Positions 1 through 8,508 of a DNA stretch of 64,000 nt are shown in pieces (the first letter of the stretch is position 1; each line of letters starts with the position of its first letter). A program made the position numbers and the translations under genes. The stretch is from Deltaproteobacteria bacterium (GTDB lineage: Bacteria > Myxococcota_A > UBA796 > SXON01). The stretch is from the NCBI GenBank assembly GCA_014191855.1, contig BJHF01000017.1, forward strand, positions 5,255-69,254, in the 5' to 3' direction. The notes beneath the pieces were generated by a model, which worked only from the letters and a program-made list of their open reading frames with translations, was not told the DNA's origin and did not search any database.

Positions 1-2698
1 CGCCCGCGGGGATGTCGAGCAGCGCGCCCGCGTGGGTCGCGGCTGGGGCCCAGAGGAAGGACTCGGCGAGGTCGAGGCTCACGTGCAGATCGTTGGGAAG
101 GTCCACGTCCATCTGGCCGACCGCACGAACGCCAAACCAGCCGCCAACGGCGATGTTCGCCGCGGTGCGCGCCTCGTCGGTGTACGTGAAGTAGGGCGCC
201 GACACCGACTGGATGTCGAGACCGCCGCCCACGCTGATGCTCTCCGCGACGGGGTGAAGGTAGCGCCCGCCGGCCGTGATGTCGCGGAGGAACACGAGGT
301 ACGCATCCCCATTGACGTCGTAGACATGGGCGGTGAACCGGCCGTTTGCGTCAAAGAGTACGCGCCCGGGGCCGACCGGGATGCCGTAGGTGCCGCCCAC
401 CGTGAGCCCCCAGAAGCCCGCGTCGGGGGCGACAAGGTCGGCGTCGGAGAGGCCTGCCCCGCCATCGGTGTGCTGCCCGTAGGGGCCGCGCAGGTTCACG
501 AGGGCGCCGCCGAAGCGACCCGGCGCGATGTCGCCGCCGTTATCGCGCGCGGGCCCGCTCTTCTTTGCGGAGCTTCCGCCGCCGCCGAAGCCGCCCCCGC
601 CGGCCGGAGTCTTGCTTTCGGCGGTGGTGGAGGCCGTGGACGACGTCTTCCCCGAGCCCACCTGTTCGAGGGTCGAGAGCTTCAAGCTGGTGATCGCGGT
701 GCCGGCCGCGACCGTGACCGTGATCGGCCCGTCCTGCCCCGGGGCGAGCTGGGCCGTGAAGCCGTAGTTGCCATCGCGCGTGTCGCGGATCGGGCCGATC
801 GAGGCGGGCGCGGCGCTGATCTGGAGCTTCTGGCCCGCGACGCCGACGCCGTTGTCGTCCGTGATGCGCACCTGCACGAGGATCGCAGCGCCCGGCGTGG
901 TGTAGCCGGGGGTGGCGCTGAGCTGCATGTCGGCGGGGGGGCCGCTCGGCGGGACCACGCCTTCGCGTACGATCGTGAGCGAAGGGGAGGCGTGCTGCCA
1001 ACGCTCGAGCGCCGCGAGGTGCGCGGGCCCGCCGCCGGGGGTCGGCGACACGAACATCTTCGGGCCGACCTGGAACATCGGCAGCTCGGTGGTGAGGCCG
1101 CCGGCCTCGACGCGCAGCGTTTGCAGTCCTGGCGTTGTGCCGGCGCGGTAGGTCGCGTGGGCCACCCCGCGCGCATCGGACTTCACCGACGGCGGGAGGC
1201 TGCCATCGCCCTGGGGCACCGCGAGCTTGAACTCGACGTTCGCGACGGGAAGATCGTAGGCATCCACCGCCACCAGGGTGAGGGCCGTGCCCTCGAGACC
1301 GTTCGCGCTCACGGTGGCCGAGCCGGTCCAGGCGAGGATGCGGGCGGGGGCGAGCGACGAGACGTCCATCGGCGGGGTCCCGAACACGCGGGCGCGCTCG
1401 GTCTTGCTCGTGCCGGAGACGCCGATGGTGTAGCTTCCATCCTTGTTATCGGTGAGCTTGCCGGAGGTGGAGGCGCCGTCGGCGACGAGGGCCGGCGAGC
1501 GCCCGGCGAGGGCTGTGCCGCCGGCATCCTTGAGCCGGGCCACGACCTTGACCGTGCCGCCGCCCTTGGGGAAGTCCGCGGGCTCGGCCGCGAGCGTCAT
1601 CGTGGGGAGCGGCGCCAGGATCCGCAGCTTGCGGCTCGCGATCAGGCCGTTCCATTGGGCGCCGAGGGTGACTTCCTGCGCGGTGGCGGGGGAGGTGAAC
1701 TGGGACACCATGACCTTGCCGTCGGGGCCGGCGGCGCTCACGGCACCGGCGGAGGCGGTGATCCTCAGGTCGGAGGCGGGCACCTGGTCACCGTTGGGGG
1801 CGAGGGCAACCACGCGAACGGGGAGGAGGCGCGTGGGGTCGGCGACGACGCTCGCTGGCATTGGCAGGAAAACGAGCTGCCCGACCTGGGGAACGCCGGG
1901 CATCGGAACTTCGCGCTCAACCCGGGAAGTATCGGCGTTCACGGTTTGCAGGCGCCCGACCGGGTTGCGCGGATCGAGATCGACCTCAAAACTGACCTTG
2001 TTCTTGCTGTCGGCCTTGAACGGACCGTACTGCTTGCCGCCGACGCTGAGCACGTTGTTGCTGCCCGAGGGCGCGTCGAGGCCAATGGTCTTGTGGAGGG
2101 TGACGGGGAGGCCGGCCAGCCCCTGGATGCTGGGCGCCGCCGCGTCTGCCGCCGTGATCGCGACCATGACCGGACCCGCCATCGTTTTCGGGGCGGTGTA
2201 CCGGGCGGAATAGGTGCCGTCGCCAAGCGGAATCGGGCTATCCACCGTGCCGACGCTGGCCGTGAGCACAAAGCGCCGTTGCGGGGTGGCTACGGGCGTG
2301 GTGCCGGTCGGCTTGAGCTTCACGGTGGCGCTGCCGCCGGCCGCGATGACCGGGGGATCGAAGGAGATGCCGACGTCCCCGGTGAAGGGCGGCGCCACGG
2401 GGATCTGCACCGTGTACTCGTCGGATTGCACCTGGATCGTGACCGGCAAGGACTTCGGTGCGCTCAGGCTCGGCGGCGCGTAGGTGAAGCTGACGATGCA
2501 ATCCGCGCCGGTGGCGACCGCAGTGACCTTCCCAGACTCGGCCTTCACCCGCGCCCGTGCATTCGCCGGGCACCGCTCTACGTAAACATGGACCTCCGAC
2601 GCCGTGACTCCGTCTGCCGGGAGGGGAGCGGTGCCGACGAGCAGGGCTCCGGCGAGGGCGGGCGCGACGAGGGAGACGAGCGCAAACAAAAGGGTCAC
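1..2698 (-). CDS. Secreted protein with bacterial Ig-like repeats and a C-terminal beta-barrel-like region (3' end runs off the window)
   Basis: Absent from the ORF track because it has no stop in the window. My translation of the minus strand from GTG 2698 (GAGG 8 nt upstream) gives VTLLFALVSLVAPALAGALLVGTAP (signal peptide). Repeated Ig-like segments follow (GKVTAVATGADCIVSFTY, GSATVKLKPTGT, GTVKVVARLKDAGGTALAG...DNKDGSYTIGVSG). Then come a Gly-rich linker and an alternating-hydrophobic tail (YFTYTDEARTAANIAVGGWFGVRAVGQMDVDL). The + ORF 32..2818 is its same-phase antisense shadow. Confidence 0.7.
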   Translation of the reverse strand, partial: MTLLFALVSLVAPALAGALLVGTAPLPADGVTASEVHVYVERCPANARARVKAESGKVTAVATGADCIVSFTYAPPSLSAPKSLPVTIQVQSDEYTVQIPVAPPFTGDVGISFDPPVIAAGGSATVKLKPTGTTPVATPQRRFVLTASVGTVDSPIPLGDGTYSARYTAPKTMAGPVMVAITAADAAAPSIQGLAGLPVTLHKTIGLDAPSGSNNVLSVGGKQYGPFKADSKNKVSFEVDLDPRNPVGRLQTVNADTSRVEREVPMPGVPQVGQLVFLPMPASVVADPTRLLPVRVVALAPNGDQVPASDLRITASAGAVSAAGPDGKVMVSQFTSPATAQEVTLGAQWNGLIASRKLRILAPLPTMTLAAEPADFPKGGGTVKVVARLKDAGGTALAGRSPALVADGASTSGKLTDNKDGSYTIGVSGTSKTERARVFGTPPMDVSSLAPARILAWTGSATVSANGLEGTALTLVAVDAYDLPVANVEFKLAVPQGDGSLPPSVKSDARGVAHATYRAGTTPGLQTLRVEAGGLTTELPMFQVGPKMFVSPTPGGGPAHLAALERWQHASPSLTIVREGVVPPSGPPADMQLSATPGYTTPGAAILVQVRITDDNGVGVAGQKLQISAAPASIGPIRDTRDGNYGFTAQLAPGQDGPITVTVAAGTAITSLKLSTLEQVGSGKTSSTASTTAESKTPAGGGGFGGGGSSAKKSGPARDNGGDIAPGRFGGALVNLRGPYGQHTDGGAGLSDADLVAPDAGFWGLTVGGTYGIPVGPGRVLFDANGRFTAHVYDVNGDAYLVFLRDITAGGRYLHPVAESISVGGGLDIQSVSAPYFTYTDEARTAANIAVGGWFGVRAVGQMDVDLPNDLHVSLDLAESFLWAPAATHAGALLDIPAG

Positions 2699-2833
2699 AC
2701 CAACCTCGTGGGGGAGCGGGGAGCCCGGACTGGGCACGGGCAATGTACCGCGATGGCGACCGCGATGCGCAGCGGAGCCCGCCTGACAAAGGTCGGCGGG
2801 CCGCGCGCATCGCCCTGAACGGCCGTTTGCGGA

Positions 2834-3628
2834 CTAAAGCAGGTCCAACGCCTCGTCGGAGTTGGCGCCGCTCATGATGGTCTTGATCTTCACGCCGCGG
2901 TCGATCACCACCGTGAACGGAAGACCCACGGAGCCGCCCGAATCCGCCGCGTACTGCCACATGATCTCGCCGCTCGGATCGCTCAGGACGGGCATCGTGA
3001 GGCCGTAGTTGTCGGCCCAGTCTTCCAGCCCCGACTGCTTCATCGGGCGCCCCTGCGCGTCTTCAATCATGACTTCGAGCACCATCAGCCCGTCGTCCTT
3101 GTTCTTCTTGTAGAGCGTTTCGAGGCCCCCGGCCTCGCTTTGGCACGCGCCTCACCACACGGCCGCGAAGACCATGTACACCACGTTCTCGCAGAACGCG
3201 TGCAGCTCCACTTCTTCACCAAACTGGTCTTCCATGTTGAAGTTATCGCTGATGTCCCGCTCGGAGAAGCCCTCACCCTGGACGTCGTTCCGGCAGGCGC
3301 CGATCGGCCAGCCGCCCTCGTAGGGGTGGTCTGAAGCCTTGTTTGGGTCGGTGTTGCCCTCCACCTCGTCGGGGTCGTCGAACCCATCGCCGTCGCTGTC
3401 GGCTTTGTCGGGATCGGTGCCGAGATCGTCCTCTTCGGCGTTGGTGAGGCCGTCGCCATCCGAGTCCGTCTTCGCGGGATCTTCTTCCTCTTCGCCGCTC
3501 CCGGTGTCGTCCCCGAGGCCGAGGAAGCCGCCGCCACCTCCACCGTTCTCCGCGGTGTCGGCCCCTACGCCTGCGCAGCCCAGCAGAAAGATGCCCCCGA
3601 AGAGCACCGTGATCGGGAGCGCCTTCAC
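2834..3628 (-). CDS. Thioredoxin-fold (TlpA/redoxin-like) lipoprotein, predicted selenoprotein with U-G-A-C motif (in-frame TGA at 3152-3154 read as Sec)
   Basis: Track pieces 3152..3628 and 2834..3085 share one frame (795 nt total). The upstream piece ends VVYMVFAAVW-TGA. Read-through gives W-U-GAC-QSEAGGLETLYKKNKDDGLMVLEV, which places the TGA at the first Cys of a WCxxC motif. The Cys paralogue at 60155..60718 reads TIWCSPCQAMAAGLQ. Other features are the lipobox LLGC and TSP3 repeats (DSDGDGLTNAEEDDLGTDPDKADSDGDG). The GTG start overlaps the upstream stop (GTGA). Confidence 0.75.
3121..3137 (-). promoter_or_regulatory. Candidate bacterial SECIS hairpin for the TGA at 3152-3154
   Basis: In mRNA sense the hairpin is CGAGGCC-GGG-GGCCUCG, beginning 14 nt after the UGA. 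The 21-nt block AGCGAGGCCGGGGGCCUCGAA (3119-3139) is identical to 3910-3930 in the paralogue. Flanking codons differ between the copies, including at synonymous sites. Confidence 0.6.
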
Positions 3629-4317
3629 AGCAGACCGACCGCTTTGTCGACTTGCGTGCCGCTGTTGATGCTGTCGATCACCACGCCACGGTCGATCACG
3701 ACGGTGAATGGCAGGCCCACGCTGCCGTCAAAGCCGGCCGCGTACTTCCACATCAGCGCGCTCTCCGGATCGGCGACGACGGGCATGGTGAGCCCGAATT
3801 CGTCTGCCCAATCCTGCAGATCGGACTGACCGGCCGCCGAGCCGTCGTCGATCTCGGTGATCGCCTCTACGACCATGAGGCCGTTGTCCTTGTTGTCCTG
3901 GTAGATGGCTTCGAGGCCCCCGGCCTCGCTTACGCAGCTGCCTCACCAGAAGGCGGCGAAGACCAGGTATACGACCTTGTCGCAGAAGCTGTAGAGGTGC
4001 ACGTTCTGGCCGTTCTGGTCGGCCAACGCGAAGTCTTCGGAGACGTCGCCTTCAGCGAGGCCTTCCCCGGTGATGTCGTTGTGGCAGGAGCCGATCTCCC
4101 AGCCGCCCTTGTAGGGGTACTCGGCCCCATCGAGCGGATCGGTGTTTGCGGCGAGCTCGGCGCCGTCGCTCGCGCCGTCTCCATCGCTGTCGTCTTTGTC
4201 GGGGTTGGTGCCGAGATCGGCCTCTTCGCTGCCAAGCAAACCGTCGGCGTCGGCATCGACGTCGACGTTCACTTCGGCCGCGCAGCCGACGAACGAGAGA
4301 GTGAGCAGGAGAGTCAT
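3625..4317 (-). CDS. Thioredoxin-fold lipoprotein, predicted selenoprotein with U-G-S-C motif (in-frame TGA at 3943-3945 read as Sec)
   Basis: Track pieces 3943..4317 and 3625..3876 share one frame (693 nt). The sequence reads DKVVYLVFAAFW-TGA-GSCVSEAGGLEAIYQDNKDNGLMVVEA...GLPFTVVIDRGVVIDSI. The lipobox is FVGC, and TSP3-type acidic repeats are present (DADADGLLGSEEADLGTNPDKDDSDGDG). It is a paralogue of 2834..3628. Confidence 0.75.
3912..3928 (-). promoter_or_regulatory. Candidate bacterial SECIS hairpin for the TGA at 3943-3945
   Basis: The hairpin CGAGGCC-GGG-GGCCUCG is the same as at 3121-3137 and has the same 14-nt spacing from the UGA. Confidence 0.6.
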
Positions 4318-4386
4318 GGTCAGCCTCCGGACGCGGGAGAGTGTACCATAACCAGCACCCAGCGGATCGGATATGTGCGTGAAACG

Positions 4387-4746
4387 ATGCGTTCACGAGA
4401 GGCCGCCCAGCGCGTTCGACACGACCTCGGCAAGTACGTTCACCTCGAAGCGCGGTGGCTGGGGGAAGATGCGTTAGAGGCGGATTATCGCGATGCGCTC
4501 CGCACTGACCTGCTCCGTACTCGCCGCGGGCCGGAAGGTGACGTGGACTGCGTGACCGTGTGGGCTGGCCTGCGGCCCTCCGTCGAAGGTTTTGACACGC
4601 GTGAGGTGGACCACCTCGTGGGCAGCCTCGGCGCCCGGATGCACTCGCTCGATCTGCTCGGCATGGTTGCGCTCCGCGCGCTCGCCCACGACGCCTACAC
4701 CCTCGGCGAAGCCTGTCGCCGGCTCGCGGAGCAGGCGGAGGATTAG
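4387..4746 (+). CDS. Hypothetical protein (119 aa), probably co-transcribed with the sigma-54 activator
   Basis: Only the 3' part of ORF 3652..4746 looks like real coding sequence (MRSREAAQRVRHDLGKYVHLEARWLGEDALEADYRDALRTDLL...). The 5' part is antisense to the selenoprotein genes. ATG is at 4387, with an alternative GTG at 4375. The stop lies 2 nt before the next gene. Confidence 0.5.
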   Translation: MRSREAAQRVRHDLGKYVHLEARWLGEDALEADYRDALRTDLLRTRRGPEGDVDCVTVWAGLRPSVEGFDTREVDHLVGSLGARMHSLDLLGMVALRALAHDAYTLGEACRRLAEQAED

Positions 4747-4748
4747 GC

Positions 4749-6365
4749 ATGGCCACCGTGCTGGTGATCGACGACCAGGATCGGTACGCGGCCTTGTGCC
4801 GAAAGGCGATTCCAGGCCACGAATATCTCGGTCCGGCGCGGAGTTGGCGGGAGGCGGAGGAGGTGCTGCGGGCGCGGCGTCGCGACATCGACGTGGTGCT
4901 GCTCGACGTTCACTTCGAGATCCCTGAGTCGGACCTCGTCGGGCTGCCGCCGGGCGCGGATGCGAAGGCGGTCGCGCGGGTGCGGCGTCGTCAGGGGCTG
5001 GAGATCCTCGCACGGCTCCGACGCCGCTTGCCCGACCTGCCCGTGGTGCTGATGACCAGCCGCAACGAGGTGGCGCTGGAGAAGGTTCCGGAGCGGCTCG
5101 GGGCCGAAGAATACACCTACTTCCTGGATGATGACTACGTCGATGCGCGCTCGTTGCGGGTGCAGATCGAGAACGTTTTGTCCGCCCGGCGGGGCCGGGA
5201 GTCGGAGGGGCCCGTGTTCTGGGGGCGGTCCACGCCGATGCGGAAGCTACGCGCGCGGCTGCACGTGCTCGCGAAGGGGCGTTTGCCGGTGATCCTGGGC
5301 GGGCCGACCGGGACCGGGAAGTCGCTCATCGCCCGTCATGTGGTGCATGCGCGCTCCGGGCGAAAAGGGAAGTTCGTTCCTGTGGACTTGAGCACGCTCC
5401 CCCGCGATCTGGTCGCGGCTCAGCTTTTCGGCGCGGTGCGCGGCGCCTATACCGGCAGCGTGGCCGACCGAAAGGGGGCGTTCGAAGAGGCGGACGGCGG
5501 CACGCTGTTCCTAGACGAGATCGGGAACCTGCCCGAAGAAGTGCAGAAGATGCTGCTCACCGTGCTGCAGGAGGGGGTGCTCACTCGCATCGGCGACACG
5601 GTGGAGCGGCGGGTGGACGTGAAGATTGTGGTGGCGACGCACGAGGACCTGCCCGCGATGGTGCGCGCCGGCCGGTTCCGCGCCGACCTCTACATGCGCC
5701 TGAATCCAGCTTGCACCGTGATCCTACCCTCGTTGGTGGAGCGCCGCGGGGACTTCAGCCGGCTGTTGGAGTGGAGCACGCTCCGCGCGGTGGAATCTCC
5801 GGCGTTGAGCAGCCTGGTGCTGGAGTATCGGGAGCAGGCGGGCCTGGGCCCGGGGAGCCCCACGCGGATCGCGGGCGACGTAGCGGTGGGCCTGTCCGGA
5901 GAGGTGCCGGCCGCAGTGGCGGGGCAGCTCCTGTTGATGTTTCCTGAGCGCACCCAGCGTTTGCTGCGCCGCCATCGATGGTCGGGAAATCTTCGGGAGT
6001 TCTCGATGGTTATCGAGAATGCCCTCACCTTTACCTTTGCGGAGTTGGCGGCGCTGCCGGGAGGTGGGCGGGCGGACCTGGTGCAGGTGCGACCGAAGCT
6101 GGTGCAGGACCTGCTCCGCGCGGTGCGGGTGGATCGGCCCTCGGCGGAGGACGGATGGCGCTGCGAGATCGTCGTGCGCCCCGACCCCACGCTAAACCAC
6201 CTCGCCCAGGACGTTGAACGCCAGTATTTTACGCGCCTCTGGGAGCAGGAGGACGGGGACTTTGGCGCGATGGCGCGGATCCTGGTGGGCGACGACACGG
6301 CGGCGCGGAAGGTGCAGCTTCGATTCAATCAACTGGGGTTGAAGGTGCGGGAGATGAAGAAGTAG
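4749..6365 (+). CDS. Sigma-54-dependent transcriptional activator with N-terminal receiver domain (NtrC family)
   Basis: Receiver domain VLVIDDQD...[12 protein letters not shown]+ core with Walker A ([14 protein letters not shown]) and Walker B ([12 protein letters not shown]), plus [11 protein letters not shown]. The GAFTGA loop appears as GAYTGS. Confidence 0.9.
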   Translation: MATVLVIDDQDRYAALCRKAIPGHEYLGPARSWREAEEVLRARRRDIDVVLLDVHFEIPESDLVGLPPGADAKAVARVRRRQGLEILARLRRRLPDLPVVLMTSRNEVALEKVPERLGAEEYTYFLDDDYVDARSLRVQIENVLSARRGRESEGPVFWGRSTPMRKLRARLHVLAKGRLPVILGGPTGTGKSLIARHVVHARSGRKGKFVPVDLSTLPRDLVAAQLFGAVRGAYTGSVADRKGAFEEADGGTLFLDEIGNLPEEVQKMLLTVLQEGVLTRIGDTVERRVDVKIVVATHEDLPAMVRAGRFRADLYMRLNPACTVILPSLVERRGDFSRLLEWSTLRAVESPALSSLVLEYREQAGLGPGSPTRIAGDVAVGLSGEVPAAVAGQLLLMFPERTQRLLRRHRWSGNLREFSMVIENALTFTFAELAALPGGGRADLVQVRPKLVQDLLRAVRVDRPSAEDGWRCEIVVRPDPTLNHLAQDVERQYFTRLWEQEDGDFGAMARILVGDDTAARKVQLRFNQLGLKVREMKK

Positions 6366-6383
6366 GGGATGGGGGCAGCAGAA

Positions 6384-6414
6384 GGTTCACGCAAAGTCGC
6401 AAAGTCGCCAAGGG
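6384..6414 (+). repeat. Dispersed intergenic motif GGTTCACGCAAAG(N)CGC..AAG, copy 1
   Basis: The sequence ggttcacgcaaagtcgcaaagtcgccaaggg has related copies at 21156-21179 (+) and 22261-22291 (-). All three are intergenic and flanked by purine-rich tracts. Confidence 0.5.
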
Positions 6415-6528
6415 AAGACGCGCCGATCGAGCAACGGGTGCAGTCCCCCAGCCTCCACCGCGATTCGCTCCTGGCCGATCCTGATGAAGGGGGTTGGGCC
6501 TTGCGAATCGCCCGAAGGCTCGCCCCAT

Positions 6529-7752
6529 TCAGCCGCCGGTACCGCAGAGGGGATCGGGGTCGTCGTGATCCGAATCGGTGCCCGGGGTCGTGTCACACGG
6601 GTTTGCGTCTGTTCGCCCTGGAGCGTCGTCGTTGCAGTCCACCCCGAAGGGAAAAGTGGGCTCGCCATCCCCGTCGGCGTCGGTGCCGTTGGCTTCCAGC
6701 GTGCCAAGCTCCACGCAGGTGCCGACCTCAGCGGTGGCCTTGCCAAAGGACCAGTAGACGTCCACATCATCGGCTGCAGACGCGAATTGACCGTCGATCA
6801 CCGCGAGTACGGAGACGGATCTTCCGGTCGGAACCTGGATCTGCACCGCCCCCGTGGAGTCGGACGTGACGACCTGGCGCGTTTGGTCGCTGAGCCACAC
6901 GCCCACCTCGAGGTTCGACACCGCTTCGCCGTGCAGGGTGAGCACCGCGTTGGCGCAACCCTGGTACCGAATGGTCGCATCGCAGTTCCACCAGGAGAAC
7001 TGCTCGACCGAGGCGTAGAAGCGATTCGCCTCAAACCACCCCAATTCGCTCTCACCCCACAGGCCGGTCTCGGGGTCGAAGCCATACAGCCGAAACGGCG
7101 TACCGCAGGCGCCTCCGACCTCCGGATCCGGAATTTCCAGCGTCGGGAAGGAGATCACGACGCTCCTCGACACGTCGACAGGACGCCCGGCTTGCGTGAG
7201 CGTTACCTCGACCATCCCGTTGCTCACCATCTGCCACGTGTCGCCATCGTCGCGAAGTGCGAGGAGGTTCCCGGGGGCGTAGGCCATGGACTCGAAGGTG
7301 TTGAGCAGCGCGTAGTCGATGTCCACCGCGCCGGAGAGGTCGTCGCCGGCCTCGTTCGCCAGGCCGTCGGGTGGGAATACCAATTCCAGTCCCGATTCGG
7401 TCACGATGGTACCGCCCGCCGCCGCGTCCGCCAGCTGGGCGTGCCGGAGCGCCATCACCCGAATGGTGGTGTGCGTCGTTTCGCCCTCGTCTACCGCCAC
7501 GAATTTTGAACTTGATGTGCCTCCAGCCGGATGGACCCGCAGAGACGTCTGTGCGTCCGGCGGGAGGTCCGGCAGCGTGAACGCGCCCTCCTCGTCCGTG
7601 ATCGCGATAGCCCCAGTTGTCGCGACCTCAGCCCCCGCCGCCGGAGCGCCGTCGTCGAACAGCACGCGCCCTGAGATTGCGCCGGGTCGAGGCGCGGTGC
7701 TCGAGACGGGCGTGTCAGACGTGCACGCGGACAACGCCAGGTGGAGGAACAT
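6529..7752 (-). CDS. Lipoprotein with carboxypeptidase-regulatory-like N-terminal domain and Cys/Asp-rich C-terminus
   Basis: Lipobox LSAC. GRVLFDDGAPAAGAEVATTGAIAITDEEGAFTLPDLP resembles a CarboxypepD_reg fold. The C-terminus reads TDADGDGEPTFPFGVDCNDDAPGRTDANPCD. Confidence 0.65.
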   Translation of the reverse strand: MFLHLALSACTSDTPVSSTAPRPGAISGRVLFDDGAPAAGAEVATTGAIAITDEEGAFTLPDLPPDAQTSLRVHPAGGTSSSKFVAVDEGETTHTTIRVMALRHAQLADAAAGGTIVTESGLELVFPPDGLANEAGDDLSGAVDIDYALLNTFESMAYAPGNLLALRDDGDTWQMVSNGMVEVTLTQAGRPVDVSRSVVISFPTLEIPDPEVGGACGTPFRLYGFDPETGLWGESELGWFEANRFYASVEQFSWWNCDATIRYQGCANAVLTLHGEAVSNLEVGVWLSDQTRQVVTSDSTGAVQIQVPTGRSVSVLAVIDGQFASAADDVDVYWSFGKATAEVGTCVELGTLEANGTDADGDGEPTFPFGVDCNDDAPGRTDANPCDTTPGTDSDHDDPDPLCGTGG

Positions 7753-7797
7753 CGGCTGCCGCCGGGGAGTAGCCCAGACTGTAGCCGGGATTCGTGC

Positions 7798-8424
7798 TTA
7801 TGGCAGAGCGGTCTCGCCGCTTGGAGGCTCCGCCCGCAGCGCCTCCTCCAACCCCAAAAACCCCCCGATCCACCCTGCTTCGTGCGCGGGGTTGCCCACG
7901 TCGTCCAACGTCGTGAACGTGATCGCCAGGTTCGCCGCCGCGCCGGGCATCAGGATCCCGTGGCGCGTCGGCTCGTCGGGGAGCGTCCAGACGCGGCTGC
8001 CGAATGGGGCTTTCTGTACGCTCACCCGGGTGCCACGCTCCTCCTGCCAAACGAAGGCAAGGTGCGGTCGGGCGCGCCCGGACCACACGTTTCCGCGCCC
8101 TGGTTGGTCATAAAGCAGGAGGAACGTCTGATTGGCGTAGGTGGCCGCCTTCAGCGGCGCGGTCCAGCGCCACACGAAGTCCAGCTCGCCGTCCCGAACC
8201 TCGGCACCGCCCTGCACGTCGAGCGCCCCCTGCTCCCGCATGGCAGCGGCCTGGTTGGACACCTCCGTGCGAATCGCGTCGAGGCAGGTCGGGGTGTCGG
8301 TGCACGTGATCGCCCGCCGCCAAACGTTCACTTCGCGCGATTCGCCCACCACGCGATCGGCCTTGAGGTCGAGGTGGGCCACGATCTCCACCTTGTCGTA
8401 GCAGCCGAGCAGCACGAGGAGCAT
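7798..8424 (-). CDS. Hypothetical lipoprotein
   Basis: MLLVLLGCYDK lipobox. Composition looks coding and there is no in-frame upstream start. It is divergent from the gene at 8509. Confidence 0.6.
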   Translation of the reverse strand: MLLVLLGCYDKVEIVAHLDLKADRVVGESREVNVWRRAITCTDTPTCLDAIRTEVSNQAAAMREQGALDVQGGAEVRDGELDFVWRWTAPLKAATYANQTFLLLYDQPGRGNVWSGRARPHLAFVWQEERGTRVSVQKAPFGSRVWTLPDEPTRHGILMPGAAANLAITFTTLDDVGNPAHEAGWIGGFLGLEEALRAEPPSGETALP

Positions 8425-8508
8425 CGGCGCAGCGTAATGGTGTTGCCGTCCCTTCGGGCCGGATTAGTCACGCGACCCCGCCGACAGCCCGGCGGGGATG
8501 GAGTGTTC

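Noticed and set aside
32-2818. 928-aa + strand ORF, the longest ORF at the left end of the window
   Set aside because: Its composition is typical of an antisense translation in high-GC DNA (Arg/Gly/Ala/Val-rich, no motifs). The same-phase minus strand encodes a convincing signal-peptide and Ig-repeat protein.
3152-3154. Interpreting the in-frame TGAs (also 3943-3945) as nonsense mutations or pseudogenes, or the halves as separate genes
   Set aside because: Both independent paralogues have the TGA at the identical catalytic-Cys position. Both retain an open in-frame downstream half, and both share an identical hairpin at the same distance. The downstream halves lack their own plausible translation-initiation context and would be thioredoxin folds without the active site.
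4318-4386. A sigma-54 promoter in the divergent gap between the selenoprotein operon and the activator operon (tgtaccataaccagca)
   Set aside because: Only the GC of the -12 element matches, and the -24 GG is missing (GT). That is too weak to call.
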